The notes: generated by a model from the letters alone, not told the origin. Counted from the stretch's first letter, positions 29,895 to 40,419 are shown. The stretch: DNA of 64,000 bases from a bacterium (GCA_030693235.1 JAUYBE010000006.1:139601-203600), one strand, 5' to 3'. A program made the numbers and translations.

Positions 29895-30593
29895 ATGAAA
29901 ATTGATTACTGGCAAATTTTAAAAGCGACGTGGCCAATAGTAAAAGAGCTGTGGCCACTTTTGGTTATTCTTCTCGCCATTCTGATTATCAGATTATTTT
30001 TTTACTGGCTCGATTTAGAAATAAATAATTGGCGCATTAGACAAAAATTTGCAAAAGGCGAAAAATGGCGATCCGATCAAGATTTAATTCGATGGTTACG
30101 CGGTATGAAACCATCAGAATTTGAAGAATATATCGCTGATCTATTTCGGAGGCTTGGTTATAAAACGGAAGCAACTGGCGGATCGCATGATGGAGGAGTG
30201 GATGTAATAGCTGAAAGGGATGGTAAGAAACACTATATTCAATGCAAAAAGTATTTCTCGGAACATCAGGTAGGTTCTCCGGAGGTGCGGGAATTTTATG
30301 GAGCGATTGCTGATCATTTGGTAAATGGCGAGGCTTGGTATATTACAACTAATAAATTCACGCCCGAGGCAGAAAATTTCGCGAAAGATAAGCCAATTAT
30401 TCTTATTAACTCATTTGATTTAATTAAATATATTCATCAAGCAGAAAATAAAGGATTTGATAGTAAGCCCCAAAATGAAACAAGTTTAAAATGTCCCGAA
30501 TGCGGCGGCGTTCTTGTAGAACGAGATGGAAAATTTGGTAAATTTTTAGGTTGCTCAAATTATCCTAAGTGCGCGTATACGCAAAAGATTTAG
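29895..30593 (+). CDS. Membrane-anchored Mrr-like endonuclease with topoisomerase C4 zinc finger
   Basis: N-terminal TM, FEE...DGGVD...IQCKK, C-terminal CPECGG...GKF.GCSNYPKC. Confidence 0.85.
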   Translation: MKIDYWQILKATWPIVKELWPLLVILLAILIIRLFFYWLDLEINNWRIRQKFAKGEKWRSDQDLIRWLRGMKPSEFEEYIADLFRRLGYKTEATGGSHDGGVDVIAERDGKKHYIQCKKYFSEHQVGSPEVREFYGAIADHLVNGEAWYITTNKFTPEAENFAKDKPIILINSFDLIKYIHQAENKGFDSKPQNETSLKCPECGGVLVERDGKFGKFLGCSNYPKCAYTQKI

Positions 30594-30762
30594 TTTTAAA
30601 AATTTCGCGGCCAATCAATATTTTCGAGAATGTCGAAATGTTTAGTAGTTTATTCCTTATGGTCTAATTCGCGCGAATAAGAGAATAGTTTCCCGCTTGT
30701 TTTAGGCGCTTTATAATTATAAAATTAAATCCATGATCCAAAATGACATATATTTTAAAAAG

Positions 30763-31485
30763 ATGAAAATAGTAATAAAAATAGGAAGCGCTGTTCTAAC
30801 TGATAGAAATTCGAAAATCAAAAAAGATGTTATTTTAAATATTACAAACCAAGTTTGTAAACTTATGAAAATAGGGCACAGCGTTTTGATTATTACGTCA
30901 GGAGCGATAGCGAGCTGTGGCAATAAAGCTTATCCGGAAAATCTAAAAGCAAGTATCGGTCAGCCAAAATTAATGAGTATTTATTCTAAGTTTTTTGGTG
31001 TTTTTAAGCAGGAAATAGCGCAATTTCTTTATACTCATCAAGATTTTAAGGACAAGAGGCGTGAATATGTGGGTAAAACCCTGAAAGAAGCCCTAAAAAG
31101 AGGTATTGTGCCAATAATCAATGCTAATGATGCGGTAACAAGCGAGGAAATCGACGCTTTGAAAGAATTTTCCGACAATGATATTTTGGCGCGCGATATC
31201 GCGTCGCTTGTTGATGCAGATATTCTTTTTATTCTCATTAAAGAGAAAGGCCTTATGAATTATAAAACAAAAAAGGTGATTTCAGAGATTAGTTTTAATC
31301 AGGCCAACCAATATATCAAAGATAATATTTTTTCCGGAAAAAGAGGGGGTATGAGAAGTAAGGTAAGAATAGCAAAACAACTGTGGCGTTCCGGCGTAAA
31401 AGTAAAACTTCTTCCCGGTTCTAAAAAAGATATTATTCTGAGATCCTTTGAAAACAAAAGAATTGGAACAATATTCAAACCTTAA
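30763..31485 (+). CDS. proB: Glutamate 5-kinase-like (no PUA domain)
   Basis: IVIKIGS, TSGAIA, GQ..L, PIIN.ND.V, DND.LA, GGM.SK. Confidence 0.75.
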   Translation: MKIVIKIGSAVLTDRNSKIKKDVILNITNQVCKLMKIGHSVLIITSGAIASCGNKAYPENLKASIGQPKLMSIYSKFFGVFKQEIAQFLYTHQDFKDKRREYVGKTLKEALKRGIVPIINANDAVTSEEIDALKEFSDNDILARDIASLVDADILFILIKEKGLMNYKTKKVISEISFNQANQYIKDNIFSGKRGGMRSKVRIAKQLWRSGVKVKLLPGSKKDIILRSFENKRIGTIFKP

Positions 31486-31494
31486 AATTCAATT

Positions 31495-32361
31495 ATGAAA
31501 AGCAGCATATATTTTGACGAAAAATCGGAGCGGAGAAGAAAGCGGATGTTAAAAATCAAGATTTACGCGGGATTAGCGGCTTTTTTTGTTTTGCTCATCG
31601 GCGCGGGGTATTTGATCGTTTATTCTCCGCTATTTCAAATTAAAAACATTTCAATATTTCGGTCGTCCGACGACCGAAATTTGACATCGGACGTTCAGAA
31701 ATTAAAAGAAAATCTTAAAAATTTCTTTACCAACCAATCAAAAATTGCCGAATTTTTGGGCCCTGAAAATATTTTGATTTGGAAATCGGAAAAATCCGCT
31801 GAGTTTATAAAAAATTATCATCAAATCGCGGAATTGAAAATCGAAAAGCATTATTTGGGACGGGAAATAAAAATCAGCGTTTCGGAAAGAGAGCGATTTG
31901 GCATTTGGTGCTTCATAACGCGGAACTACGCGGAAGATAACGCGGAACTACGCGGAAATAGTCTGCGTGAGTCAGCATGCTGGTGGTTTGATAAAAAGGG
32001 TGTTATTTTTTCGGAAGCGTTGAAGGCGGAAGGGCAATTGATAAATAAAGTAGATGATTTTTCCGGCCGTTCCTTAAATCTCGGCGAACCGGTTCTTGAA
32101 GAAAAATTTCTTTCTAATTTGTTTAAAATTTTTGAAATTCTTGAAAAATCGGATTTGAAAATAAAATCGCTGAAATTGGAAAATCTTAAACTTCAAGAAG
32201 TTGTTACCGATTCGCCGTTAATGCCGAAAATCCATTTCAGCTTAAGAATTAATTCGGAATTCGCCTTAGCCGCTTTGGATTCCATCAAAAAAATCGGATT
32301 TAGTAAAATAGAGTATATCGATTTAAGAGTGGAGAATAGAGCATATTACAAACTTAAGTAA
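31495..32361 (+). CDS. FtsQ/DivIB-like cell division protein
   Basis: Single TM, SPLFQIKNI, I.V.ER, D..G..F, EYIDLR...R.Y. Confidence 0.7.
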   Translation: MKSSIYFDEKSERRRKRMLKIKIYAGLAAFFVLLIGAGYLIVYSPLFQIKNISIFRSSDDRNLTSDVQKLKENLKNFFTNQSKIAEFLGPENILIWKSEKSAEFIKNYHQIAELKIEKHYLGREIKISVSERERFGIWCFITRNYAEDNAELRGNSLRESACWWFDKKGVIFSEALKAEGQLINKVDDFSGRSLNLGEPVLEEKFLSNLFKIFEILEKSDLKIKSLKLENLKLQEVVTDSPLMPKIHFSLRINSEFALAALDSIKKIGFSKIEYIDLRVENRAYYKLK

Positions 32362-32365
32362 AATT

Positions 32366-34207
32366 TTATAGTTTGTAAATAAATATTGATTTACCCGCTT
32401 TAAAATCCGGCTGATACGGATTTTTTATTTCTTTCAGCCATTGGTATTCGTTTTCCGGACTTCTTGATTGGCCCGGATGAAGTTCGCCAAAAGCGTTTTG
32501 AAGAGTATTAATTGAAATCGCCAACCATCCAATATTTTCGTATTTCGGATTATTTTTCGATGATTGCCAATATTCAGCTTTATCTCCCAAATAATATTTC
32601 GGGTTGCCGCCGCCGAAATAATCAATGGCGATCTTTTTTATGTCATTGTTATAGTCATTGTCATTGTTTCTATCATTCACCCATTTAGCTAGTCGTTTCA
32701 AATCCTGACCCCAGTCGTAGTTAGAATCCACGGCGTAACGATAACCGTTATTTGTTCCGCCGGCGAATTGGTTGAAATAAGAAAGAAAATGAGGATAAAC
32801 CAACAAGGTTTCGGCAAAATACCAAACCATTAAAACGGCGATTAAAATTTTTTTAGTTTTTGCTTTTTTGCCATTAATCCATTTTTTAATCGCGCCGGCA
32901 GTTAAGATATAAATAAACGGCATTGTCGGCAGAATATGCCGAATACCGATATTCAACGGACTTTTAATACTGTAAAGCCAATAGAAAATCACAAATGAAA
33001 TCATTGCGAATTCGGCGAAATGAAGACCGAGATAGTCCATTAAACGACATTTGACATTTGACACTTGACATTTGACATTTTTAACAATTCTCCAAGAAGC
33101 AAAAATAAAAGCAAGAAGAATTAATATCAGCGACGGAATAGATTCTTTTAAAATAAAAAGTACTGGAAAATAATACCACCAACCAACTGCCGAAACTTCG
33201 CCCAAGAAATAACCGGTATTACCGCCGGATGAACGTTGCATCACCATTAAAACGCCGAGCATATATTCTCCAAGCGGCCTTAAAATTTTATTATTGGCCA
33301 TCCAAATATTAATTTCCGCCAAACATCGTAAATTCAGTTTACAGCTTTCCCAATTTGCGTCCGGGCCGCCGGCAAAAGAAGCTAAAGTGAATTTTGTGTC
33401 GGCAAACTGTTTTTCAATCGGATAATTAATCGTAAACAAGAAATAAACCGCGTAGACCAAGGCGTAGCCGATAATAAAAATCAATAAAAGCGCTTTAATA
33501 TAATGAAAAGCTTTATTTTGCTGTTTGTCGTAATAAATTTTCCAGATATAAAAAATAACGATTAAAAATATAAAAAACGGAATTAAAAGCACGGCAGAAA
33601 ATTTCATCAATTGGGCGACGCCGAAAGCCAAGCCGGCGAAAATTAAATATTTTTGCGACGGCCCAAGGAGAAATTTTACAAAATAATAAGTGGCGATGAA
33701 TATTCCCAGAGCCGCGCCGAGGTCAGTAGTAACATAATGGCCGTGAGCAAGTACGGTCGGAGAAAGGGAAAAGAGAAAAGCGGGAAACAGCGCCCACCAG
33801 CGGCCCATAAGTTCTTTTCCCCAAATATAAATAAAAATTATTAAGAGGAGAGTTAAAAGCATCGGGCCCAAACGCGACCACTGGATAATTTTATCGGCGT
33901 CGTTTCCGGATTCATATAAAAATTGGTTGCCGGCTTCCCATTGGCCGTTAATGTCATTTTGCCAAGCGGATTTGTCAGTCGGAAAATTCAACTTGTGAAA
34001 TAATAACGGCAAAGCGGCTAAAGTTTTTACCAAAGGCGGATGTTCGGGATTTAAACGATAATCCAGATATTTGACGTAGCCGTAGCCGGCCGGAATGTGC
34101 GCCAGTTCATCCATTGTGGCCGATTCCTGGAGAGAGGCGTTGAGCATCAAAAAAAATGACGCTGAAACAATCGCGGCCAACAAAAGCCAATTAATGTATT
34201 TATTCAT
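32366..34207 (-). CDS. GT39/ArnT-PMT family membrane glycosyltransferase
   Basis: T.DE.AH, EHPPL.K, multi-TM, DSN.DWGQD. Confidence 0.85.
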   Translation of the reverse strand: MNKYINWLLLAAIVSASFFLMLNASLQESATMDELAHIPAGYGYVKYLDYRLNPEHPPLVKTLAALPLLFHKLNFPTDKSAWQNDINGQWEAGNQFLYESGNDADKIIQWSRLGPMLLTLLLIIFIYIWGKELMGRWWALFPAFLFSLSPTVLAHGHYVTTDLGAALGIFIATYYFVKFLLGPSQKYLIFAGLAFGVAQLMKFSAVLLIPFFIFLIVIFYIWKIYYDKQQNKAFHYIKALLLIFIIGYALVYAVYFLFTINYPIEKQFADTKFTLASFAGGPDANWESCKLNLRCLAEINIWMANNKILRPLGEYMLGVLMVMQRSSGGNTGYFLGEVSAVGWWYYFPVLFILKESIPSLILILLAFIFASWRIVKNVKCQVSNVKCRLMDYLGLHFAEFAMISFVIFYWLYSIKSPLNIGIRHILPTMPFIYILTAGAIKKWINGKKAKTKKILIAVLMVWYFAETLLVYPHFLSYFNQFAGGTNNGYRYAVDSNYDWGQDLKRLAKWVNDRNNDNDYNNDIKKIAIDYFGGGNPKYYLGDKAEYWQSSKNNPKYENIGWLAISINTLQNAFGELHPGQSRSPENEYQWLKEIKNPYQPDFKAGKSIFIYKL

Positions 34208-34212
34208 ACTAA

Positions 34213-34228
34213 TGTTATAATTATAACA
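34213..34228. promoter_or_regulatory. Palindromic bidirectional extended -10 promoter
   Basis: TGTTATAATTATAACA reads TGnTATAAT on both strands, in a 21-nt divergent spacer. Confidence 0.7.
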
Positions 34229-34552
34229 ATGATTTTAAAATTCGCAAAAGAAATTTCGTGGACGAAACACGCTCAAGCAAAGATGAGATTTTACGGATTA
34301 TCCGAGCAAAGGGTGCGTCGAGTTTTAAATTCGCCGAAAAGAACAGAGGAGGGGATTGCGCCGAATACCGTAGCGATGATGCAGCCCGCTTTAATTAAAA
34401 CTAAAGATGGCAAACAAACCTGGAGCCAGGAAATTTGGGTAATGGTTCAAAAGTTGAAAATTATAAGCGTTTGGAGATATCCGGGACGGACAAAACCCGG
34501 CGAGCCGCTGCCGGTCGATATTTTATCGGAAATAAAAGAATCGTTATTTTAA
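34229..34552 (+). CDS. Hypothetical protein (DUF4258/RelE-like fold possible)
   Basis: WT.HA..KM..YGLSE..V..V...P and KIIS.W. Confidence 0.55.
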   Translation: MILKFAKEISWTKHAQAKMRFYGLSEQRVRRVLNSPKRTEEGIAPNTVAMMQPALIKTKDGKQTWSQEIWVMVQKLKIISVWRYPGRTKPGEPLPVDILSEIKESLF

Positions 34553-34735
34553 GTCTCTCCAGCGCGAAGGGTCGTTTAATTTTTTCCTTCTTTCTTCTTC
34601 AAATTCTTTTTTGGCGCGCACCACTCCGGTTGAATGATCAGATTCCGGAGCAAATTCTACTTTCTTTTTTGTTTCTATGGTTTCCTCGGGATCTTTTATT
34701 TCTTGAGGGTTTTTAAATTTTTCTTTTTCAAACAT
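34544..34735 (-). CDS. Small charged hypothetical protein
   Basis: 63-aa ORF MFEKEKFKNPQE... with native-looking composition. Confidence 0.5.
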   Translation of the reverse strand: MFEKEKFKNPQEIKDPEETIETKKKVEFAPESDHSTGVVRAKKEFEEERRKKLNDPSRWRDLK

Positions 34736-34822
34736 ATTATAAAATACTTGAACGACCTTTATTATTTTTATATAATAACGCAAAAAGCGATTAACGTCAA
34801 CAAATATGGTATAATTATAATT

Positions 34823-35833
34823 ATGAAACTATCCATCGGTATTGTTGGTTTGCCGAATGTCGGCAAGTCAACGCTTTTTAAAATTTTAACCAAACAGGAA
34901 GTTAATATCGCCAATTATCCTTTTGCCACGATTGACCCGAATGTCGGGGTGGTGACAGTGCCGGACGAACGGCTGAAAAAATTAGCGAAATTAAGCAACT
35001 CTAAAAAAATCGTTCCGGCTATCGTAGAATTTTATGATATTGCCGGCCTGGTTAAAGGCGCGAACAAAGGCGAGGGTTTAGGCAATCAATTTTTAAGCCA
35101 TATCCGAGAAACAAACGCTATTATTCACATTGTTCGTTGTTTTAAAGCTTCAGAAATTATTCATGTTGAAAATGAAGTCAATCCTTTAAAGGATTTGAAA
35201 ATTATCAACACAGAATTGATTTTGAAAGATTTGGAAACCGTTGAAAAAAGATTTATCAGTCTTGAAAAAGAAATCAGAACCGGCGATAAACAGAAAATCA
35301 AAGATTTGGAAATCTTGAAAACAGTCAAAGAAAATTTAAATAAAAATATTTTGCCGATTAATTCGGGAGAAATCGCCGCCGAGCCGGCTGTAAAAGAATT
35401 GAATTTATTAACAGCCAAACCGCAGATTTATCTGTTGAACGGTGGCGAAGAAGATGTTGATTCGGAACTTAAAGAAAAAATTAAATCTTTAGGCGCCGAT
35501 TATTTAATCATTAATCTATCGACGTCCGACGTCGATAATATTGATAAGTTGATTAAAAAAGCTTATGAAATTTTAGGTTTAATCAGTTTCTTAACTACCG
35601 GCGAAGACGAGACGCGGGCTTGGACAATTAAAAAAGGCATCAAAGCGCCGCAGGCCGCCGGCGAAATTCATACGGATTTCGAAAAAAAATTCATTAAAGC
35701 AGAGGTGATTGAATGGAGCCGATTATTGGAAGTCGGAAGTTGGCAGCAGGCCAAGCAAAAGGGCCTTATTCGTTTGGAAGGCAAAGAATATATTATTCAA
35801 GATGGCGATGTCGTGGTGATAAAACATGGTTAG
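34823..35833 (+). CDS. ychF: Ribosome-binding ATPase YchF
   Basis: GIVGLPNVGKST, ANYPFATI.PN, DIAGLV, GEGLGN; start at 34823. Confidence 0.97.
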   Translation: MKLSIGIVGLPNVGKSTLFKILTKQEVNIANYPFATIDPNVGVVTVPDERLKKLAKLSNSKKIVPAIVEFYDIAGLVKGANKGEGLGNQFLSHIRETNAIIHIVRCFKASEIIHVENEVNPLKDLKIINTELILKDLETVEKRFISLEKEIRTGDKQKIKDLEILKTVKENLNKNILPINSGEIAAEPAVKELNLLTAKPQIYLLNGGEEDVDSELKEKIKSLGADYLIINLSTSDVDNIDKLIKKAYEILGLISFLTTGEDETRAWTIKKGIKAPQAAGEIHTDFEKKFIKAEVIEWSRLLEVGSWQQAKQKGLIRLEGKEYIIQDGDVVVIKHG

Positions 35834-35860
35834 AATCACAAAATATAACACTTTTTAATA

Positions 35861-35900
35861 ATTACTATGATATCAAACGATCGTGTGATATCATAGTAAT
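35861..35900. terminator. Hairpin between convergent genes
   Basis: ATTACTATGATATCA...TGATATCATAGTAAT. Confidence 0.55.
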
Positions 35901-35911
35901 GCGTTTTTATT

Positions 35912-37480
35912 TTAATTTAAAATAACCACATACCCATTCTCCAGGATTTGATTTTTTTGTTCGGGTAAAATATAGAAGAGATTTTTCTCTTTTTGTTTTT
36001 CCGGAGTGAAAGTGTCGGTAATGAACATTACGGTTTGCGCCGGCATTGGGATACCGCGGACGTCAACACCGCCGGCTTCAACGATAACGTATTTTGGCGT
36101 TTCTTTCGGCAGAGAATTTAATTCGCGGCCGATTTGAACGTAATCGGCGGAAAAAGCTCCTTGAACATTGTAATTTTGTCCCCATTTAATGAAATAAGTA
36201 TTGTAGGCCTCAAACACAAGAATAGAAAGCAGAAAGTAAAAAGTAGAAAGTAAAAAAATTTTTATTCGTATATTCGTAAATATTCGTAATTTCGTAAATT
36301 GTTCGTAAAGCCAAACACCGCCAAAACCGGCTAAAATAAAAATTGGCGGAATCATTATAATCGCGCGGAGAGCGTGCGGCATACCTTCGTTGGAAACAAC
36401 AACTGGAAGAGCGGCGATAATTAGCCAAGCGAATAAAATTAAGAATGGTAATTTTGGGAAGTCCGACTTCCTTAATATTGATTTGGTTCCCAAAATAGTT
36501 CCTATTATAAATAAAATTCCGACCGGCCAAAAAAGTTCCGGTTTGCCCGCGTAATTATGGCGCCAATTATAATCGCCGCTGAAATTAAACATTCCGGCGG
36601 TCTTTAAAATATTAACTGTTAAATCTTTAATCGGGGCAGGAGAATTGAAAACAGAAATTTGGGTTGTTCGCCCGAAGAAATCCTGAGGGTTTTGCAGAAA
36701 ATATAATCCCAATGGCGCGGCAACAATAATAGCTATTAGAATATAGCCACTAGCCACTAGTAGTATTTTTTTACGAATTTGCCAATTTTTATTTCCGAAC
36801 CAGTAGTAAAATAAAATTGTTAAAATTAAAAGCGGCGTGGCGCGATAGGCGATATAAGTGTGAAAACCAAAACCATAGAAAATTCCACCAAACAAAGAAA
36901 AAAGTATAGCTCGCCCCTGTCCAGTCAACTGGACAAGGGATTGATTATTTTGATTATTTGGAGCGGTAGATTTTAACTTATTAAGAGACGCTAAAAGAAA
37001 ATATATTCCCCAGACAAGAAAGAATGGCGCCATTATCGCGCGAAAACCGATACGGGAAAAAAGAATATGCCAAAAGCTCACGGCGAGAAGAAAAGATGAA
37101 AGTAGGGCGATAAACTCCGCCTGCCTGTCTGGCGGGCGGAGTTTAAACAACTCTCTTGTTAAAAAATACGTTCCCAATACCGTTAAAATTCCGAACACCG
37201 CTGCTACGCTTCTCGGTACCCACGGTTCGTGGCCAAATTTAACAATAAAAAATCCGATGATATTCGGCCAAAGCCCTTCGCGGCCGTTATTTTCCGGATA
37301 AAAAACTTTTAAATTTCCGGTTTCCCACGCCTCTACGCCATTATTGGCGTAAATTGCTTCGTCGGGATAAAGTCCGGGCGGCAGTTCGACGATATTGTAT
37401 AAACGCAGAAAAGAGGCTATAATTAGAATAACAAAAACTATTAACCATTGACTTTTGACTATTGACGATAATTTGCTCAT
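35912..37480 (-). CDS. GT39/ArnT-like membrane glycosyltransferase
   Basis: LRLY...PPG...DEA, WH...SR, multi-TM. Confidence 0.85.
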   Translation of the reverse strand: MSKLSSIVKSQWLIVFVILIIASFLRLYNIVELPPGLYPDEAIYANNGVEAWETGNLKVFYPENNGREGLWPNIIGFFIVKFGHEPWVPRSVAAVFGILTVLGTYFLTRELFKLRPPDRQAEFIALLSSFLLAVSFWHILFSRIGFRAIMAPFFLVWGIYFLLASLNKLKSTAPNNQNNQSLVQLTGQGRAILFSLFGGIFYGFGFHTYIAYRATPLLILTILFYYWFGNKNWQIRKKILLVASGYILIAIIVAAPLGLYFLQNPQDFFGRTTQISVFNSPAPIKDLTVNILKTAGMFNFSGDYNWRHNYAGKPELFWPVGILFIIGTILGTKSILRKSDFPKLPFLILFAWLIIAALPVVVSNEGMPHALRAIIMIPPIFILAGFGGVWLYEQFTKLRIFTNIRIKIFLLSTFYFLLSILVFEAYNTYFIKWGQNYNVQGAFSADYVQIGRELNSLPKETPKYVIVEAGGVDVRGIPMPAQTVMFITDTFTPEKQKEKNLFYILPEQKNQILENGYVVILN

Positions 37481-37497
37481 AAATTTATTTTAACATT

Positions 37498-37908
37498 ATG
37501 GAAACAAATCAGCAAAATTTTGAACATAGTATTTTGGAAGCGGATATTGAGAGATTAAGCAAGGAAATCGCCGAAAAGCGAAATTTATTGGAGCATAAAA
37601 ATTTATCGGAACGAGAATTGATAAAAAAATCGCTTGAGCCGATGATTAGGCAAATACCCGTTAATAACCTGCAACCGACGACCGACGACCAACAACAAAT
37701 CAGTAATCAAGTTTTGCCAAACTATCTCAAAGATTCGCCATTAGAAATCAAGCTTCAGGTGGAAAAATTGATTTATTTAGCTTTTCATCATGGAATTATT
37801 AAAGTTGCCAAAGAAGCTCAAAAAAACGGCGGTTTTGTTTTAGACGCTTTTCACGACGCTTTGACGGATAAACTTCACGAGGAATTAAAAAAGAGAAAGT
37901 TGATATAA
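37498..37908 (+). CDS. Hypothetical protein
   Basis: 136 aa with C-terminal LDAFHDAL...L.K, upstream of the VirD4-like ATPase. Confidence 0.65.
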   Translation: METNQQNFEHSILEADIERLSKEIAEKRNLLEHKNLSERELIKKSLEPMIRQIPVNNLQPTTDDQQQISNQVLPNYLKDSPLEIKLQVEKLIYLAFHHGIIKVAKEAQKNGGFVLDAFHDALTDKLHEELKKRKLI

Positions 37909-37934
37909 TCGCGAATATTTACGAATTTGGAAGT

Positions 37935-37998
37935 GTCATTGCGAGGGCGAAGCCCGTGGCAATCTCATTAGATTGCTTCGCCTGCGGCTCGCAATGAC
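37935..37998. repeat. REP/RPE-like element (family C), copy 2, inverted relative to copy 1
   Basis: GTCATTGCGAGGGCGAAGCCCGTGGCAATC...GATTGCTTCG...CTCGCAATGAC. Confidence 0.85.
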
Positions 37999-38007
37999 GA
38001 TATTATT

Positions 38008-40341
38008 ATGAATATTTATTTAATTTTAGGAATAGCCGCCGCCTTTTTTATTGTTTTTGTTTTATTTTTGATATTCAAAAATCTTCGCCAAAAACGGTTG
38101 GCGCAAGCTCTTAATTTAAAACTTCTTTTAATTCGTTTATCGCAAAAACAACTTAAAGATTTTTCCTCCGAAGGCAAATCGGGTTCGGATTGGAAGGACG
38201 AAATTAATCTTTCAGCCCAGCTTTTCGGAATTTTAGCCGGATTAAAATCGCCGTTTGTTTTTGAGACAGCGGTTCATCATATCGGCGAGGAAATTCATTT
38301 TTACTGCGCGGTGCCGAGAGAATCAATCGAATTTGTCAGCCGGCAAATCGAAGGTTTGTGGGAAGAAGCGTCTATTGAGCCGATCGACGATTATAATATT
38401 TTTAATTCCGCCGCCGGCGCCGCCACTTCCGGAGTTTATCTCAAACAAAAACTGTTTTACGCTTTGCCGATTCGCGCTTATGTTGAAGCCAATATTGACA
38501 CCTTCAGTCCTCTTTTAAGCGGACTTTCAAAAATCAATGAAATAGGCGAAGGCGCGGCAATTCAGTTATTAATCAGGCCTGCGCCATTATCGGCAAAAAA
38601 ATCGATTTTACAGATGATTGATAATCTTAAAAAGGGAGCAAAAATAGACGATATTCTTAAAGCCAACTCGCTCAAATTTAAAGACATTAAAAAAGCCGTT
38701 AATCCTGAAAAAGAAAAATTGGAAAGAGTGATCGACGATGAATCGATTAAGGCTCTGGAACTAAAAATTTCCAAGCCGCTTTTGTCGGTTAATTTAAGGG
38801 TTCTGGTTTCTAGCGCCAGTCAATACCAAACGGACGCTATTTTGGAAAGCATTGTCGGCGGTTTTTCGCAGTTCAGCGCGCCGCGCCGGAATGAATTAAA
38901 AATTATTAAGCCTCGAAATCCCAAAAACCTGATTTATCAATTCTCTTTCCGCGAATTCGACGACAGCCAATCAATGATTTTAAATACGGAAGAATTGGCC
39001 AGTTTATTCCATTTGCCGTCTTCAAGCACGGAAATTCCAAAAATTAAATGGCTTAAATCCAAAGAAGCCGTAAGCCCGCTGAATTTGCCGAAATCCGGAA
39101 TTTTAATCGGAGAAACGTCTTTCCGCGGCGAACGCAAGCCTGTTTATCTTACCGAAGACGACCGTAGACGGCATATTTATATCATCGGCCAGACCGGCAC
39201 CGGAAAATCAACTTTAATGACCAATATGGTCGTCGATGACATTAAAAACGGCAAAGGAGTCGCCATTATCGACCCGCACGGCGATTTGATTGAAAAAATT
39301 TTGGGCGTGATTCCCGAGGAGCGAGGCGACGACGTAATTATTTTCGACCCTTCGGATATTCGGCGGCCGCTGGGGATGAATATGTTGGAATATGATTTCA
39401 ACAAGCCGGAAGAAAAAACCTTTATCGTCAACGAAATGTTTAATATTCTGGACAAACTTTACGATATGAAAACCGTCGGCGGACCGATGTTTGAACAGTA
39501 TACTAAAAACGCGATTTTATTGTTGATGGAAGACGCAATTAACGAGCTCGCCACCTTAATGGATATTCCGCGAGTTTTTACGGATGTTGATTTTCGAAAT
39601 GAAAAATTATCGCGCATTAAAAATCCGGTAGTCATTGATTTTTGGGAAAAAGAAGCGGCTAAGGCAACCGGCGAGCATTCTTTGGCGAATATGGCGCCCT
39701 ATATTACTTCCAAATTCAACAATTTTATCGCCAACGATTACGTCAGGCCGATTATTAGCCAAACAAAATCAGCTTTTGATTTTAGAAAAGTGATGGACGA
39801 AGGAAAAATTTTATTGGTTAATTTGTCAAAAGGCAAAATAGGGGATATCAATGCCAATTTATTGGGAATGATTATTACTGGAAAAATTTTAATGGCGGCT
39901 TTAAGTCGGGTTGATACGCCGGAGGACCAACGCCGAGATTTTAATCTTTATATTGACGAGTTTCAGAATTTTACCACCGATTCAATCTCCACGATTTTAT
40001 CCGAAGCTCGAAAATACCGGCTTAGTTTGATAATGGCTCATCAGTTTATCGCTCAATTGACGGAAAAAATCCGCGACGCGGTTTTCGGCAATGTAGGTTC
40101 TATTATCAGTTTTCGGGTTGGGCCGACGGACGCGGAATTTTTAGTCAAACAATTCGCGCCGGTTTTTAACGAAAATGATTTGGTCAATATTGACAATTTC
40201 AACGCTTACGCCAAAATTCTCATTAACGGTCAGACTTCCAAGCCGTTTAATATTAAAACTTTACTGCCGGAAAAAGGCAATAAAGAAATAGGCGATAAAA
40301 TCAAAGAATTGTCTCGCCTGAAATACGGTAGCAAAATATGA
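38008..40341 (+). CDS. VirD4/TraG/HerA-like P-loop ATPase (DUF87)
   Basis: N-terminal TM, RH.YIIGQTGTGKS, IDPHGD, LYIDEFQNF, SEARKYRL.L..AHQ. Confidence 0.88.
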   Translation: MNIYLILGIAAAFFIVFVLFLIFKNLRQKRLAQALNLKLLLIRLSQKQLKDFSSEGKSGSDWKDEINLSAQLFGILAGLKSPFVFETAVHHIGEEIHFYCAVPRESIEFVSRQIEGLWEEASIEPIDDYNIFNSAAGAATSGVYLKQKLFYALPIRAYVEANIDTFSPLLSGLSKINEIGEGAAIQLLIRPAPLSAKKSILQMIDNLKKGAKIDDILKANSLKFKDIKKAVNPEKEKLERVIDDESIKALELKISKPLLSVNLRVLVSSASQYQTDAILESIVGGFSQFSAPRRNELKIIKPRNPKNLIYQFSFREFDDSQSMILNTEELASLFHLPSSSTEIPKIKWLKSKEAVSPLNLPKSGILIGETSFRGERKPVYLTEDDRRRHIYIIGQTGTGKSTLMTNMVVDDIKNGKGVAIIDPHGDLIEKILGVIPEERGDDVIIFDPSDIRRPLGMNMLEYDFNKPEEKTFIVNEMFNILDKLYDMKTVGGPMFEQYTKNAILLLMEDAINELATLMDIPRVFTDVDFRNEKLSRIKNPVVIDFWEKEAAKATGEHSLANMAPYITSKFNNFIANDYVRPIISQTKSAFDFRKVMDEGKILLVNLSKGKIGDINANLLGMIITGKILMAALSRVDTPEDQRRDFNLYIDEFQNFTTDSISTILSEARKYRLSLIMAHQFIAQLTEKIRDAVFGNVGSIISFRVGPTDAEFLVKQFAPVFNENDLVNIDNFNAYAKILINGQTSKPFNIKTLLPEKGNKEIGDKIKELSRLKYGSKI

Positions 40342-40345
40342 CTAC

Positions 40346-40418
40346 GCCGGAGTAGCTCAGTTGGTAGAGCAATGCTTTCGTAAAGCAGAGGTCGCGAGTT
40401 CGAATCTCGCCTCCGGCT
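40346..40418 (+). tRNA. tRNA-Thr(CGU)
   Basis: GCCGGAG-TAGCTCAGTTGGTAGAGC...TTCGTAA loop...GCGAG-TTCGAAT-CTCGC-CTCCGGC. Confidence 0.93.
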
Positions 40419-40419
40419 C

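Noticed and set aside
30594-30732. Weak palindromes (TTCGCGCGAA, TTTCGA..TCGAAA) between mrr and proB
   Set aside because: Single copy in the window and too short to support a call.
38008-40341. Conjugative element at the VirD4-like ATPase next to tRNA-Thr
   Set aside because: No relaxase, integrase, other T4SS genes or att repeat; such ATPases are common chromosomal CPR genes.
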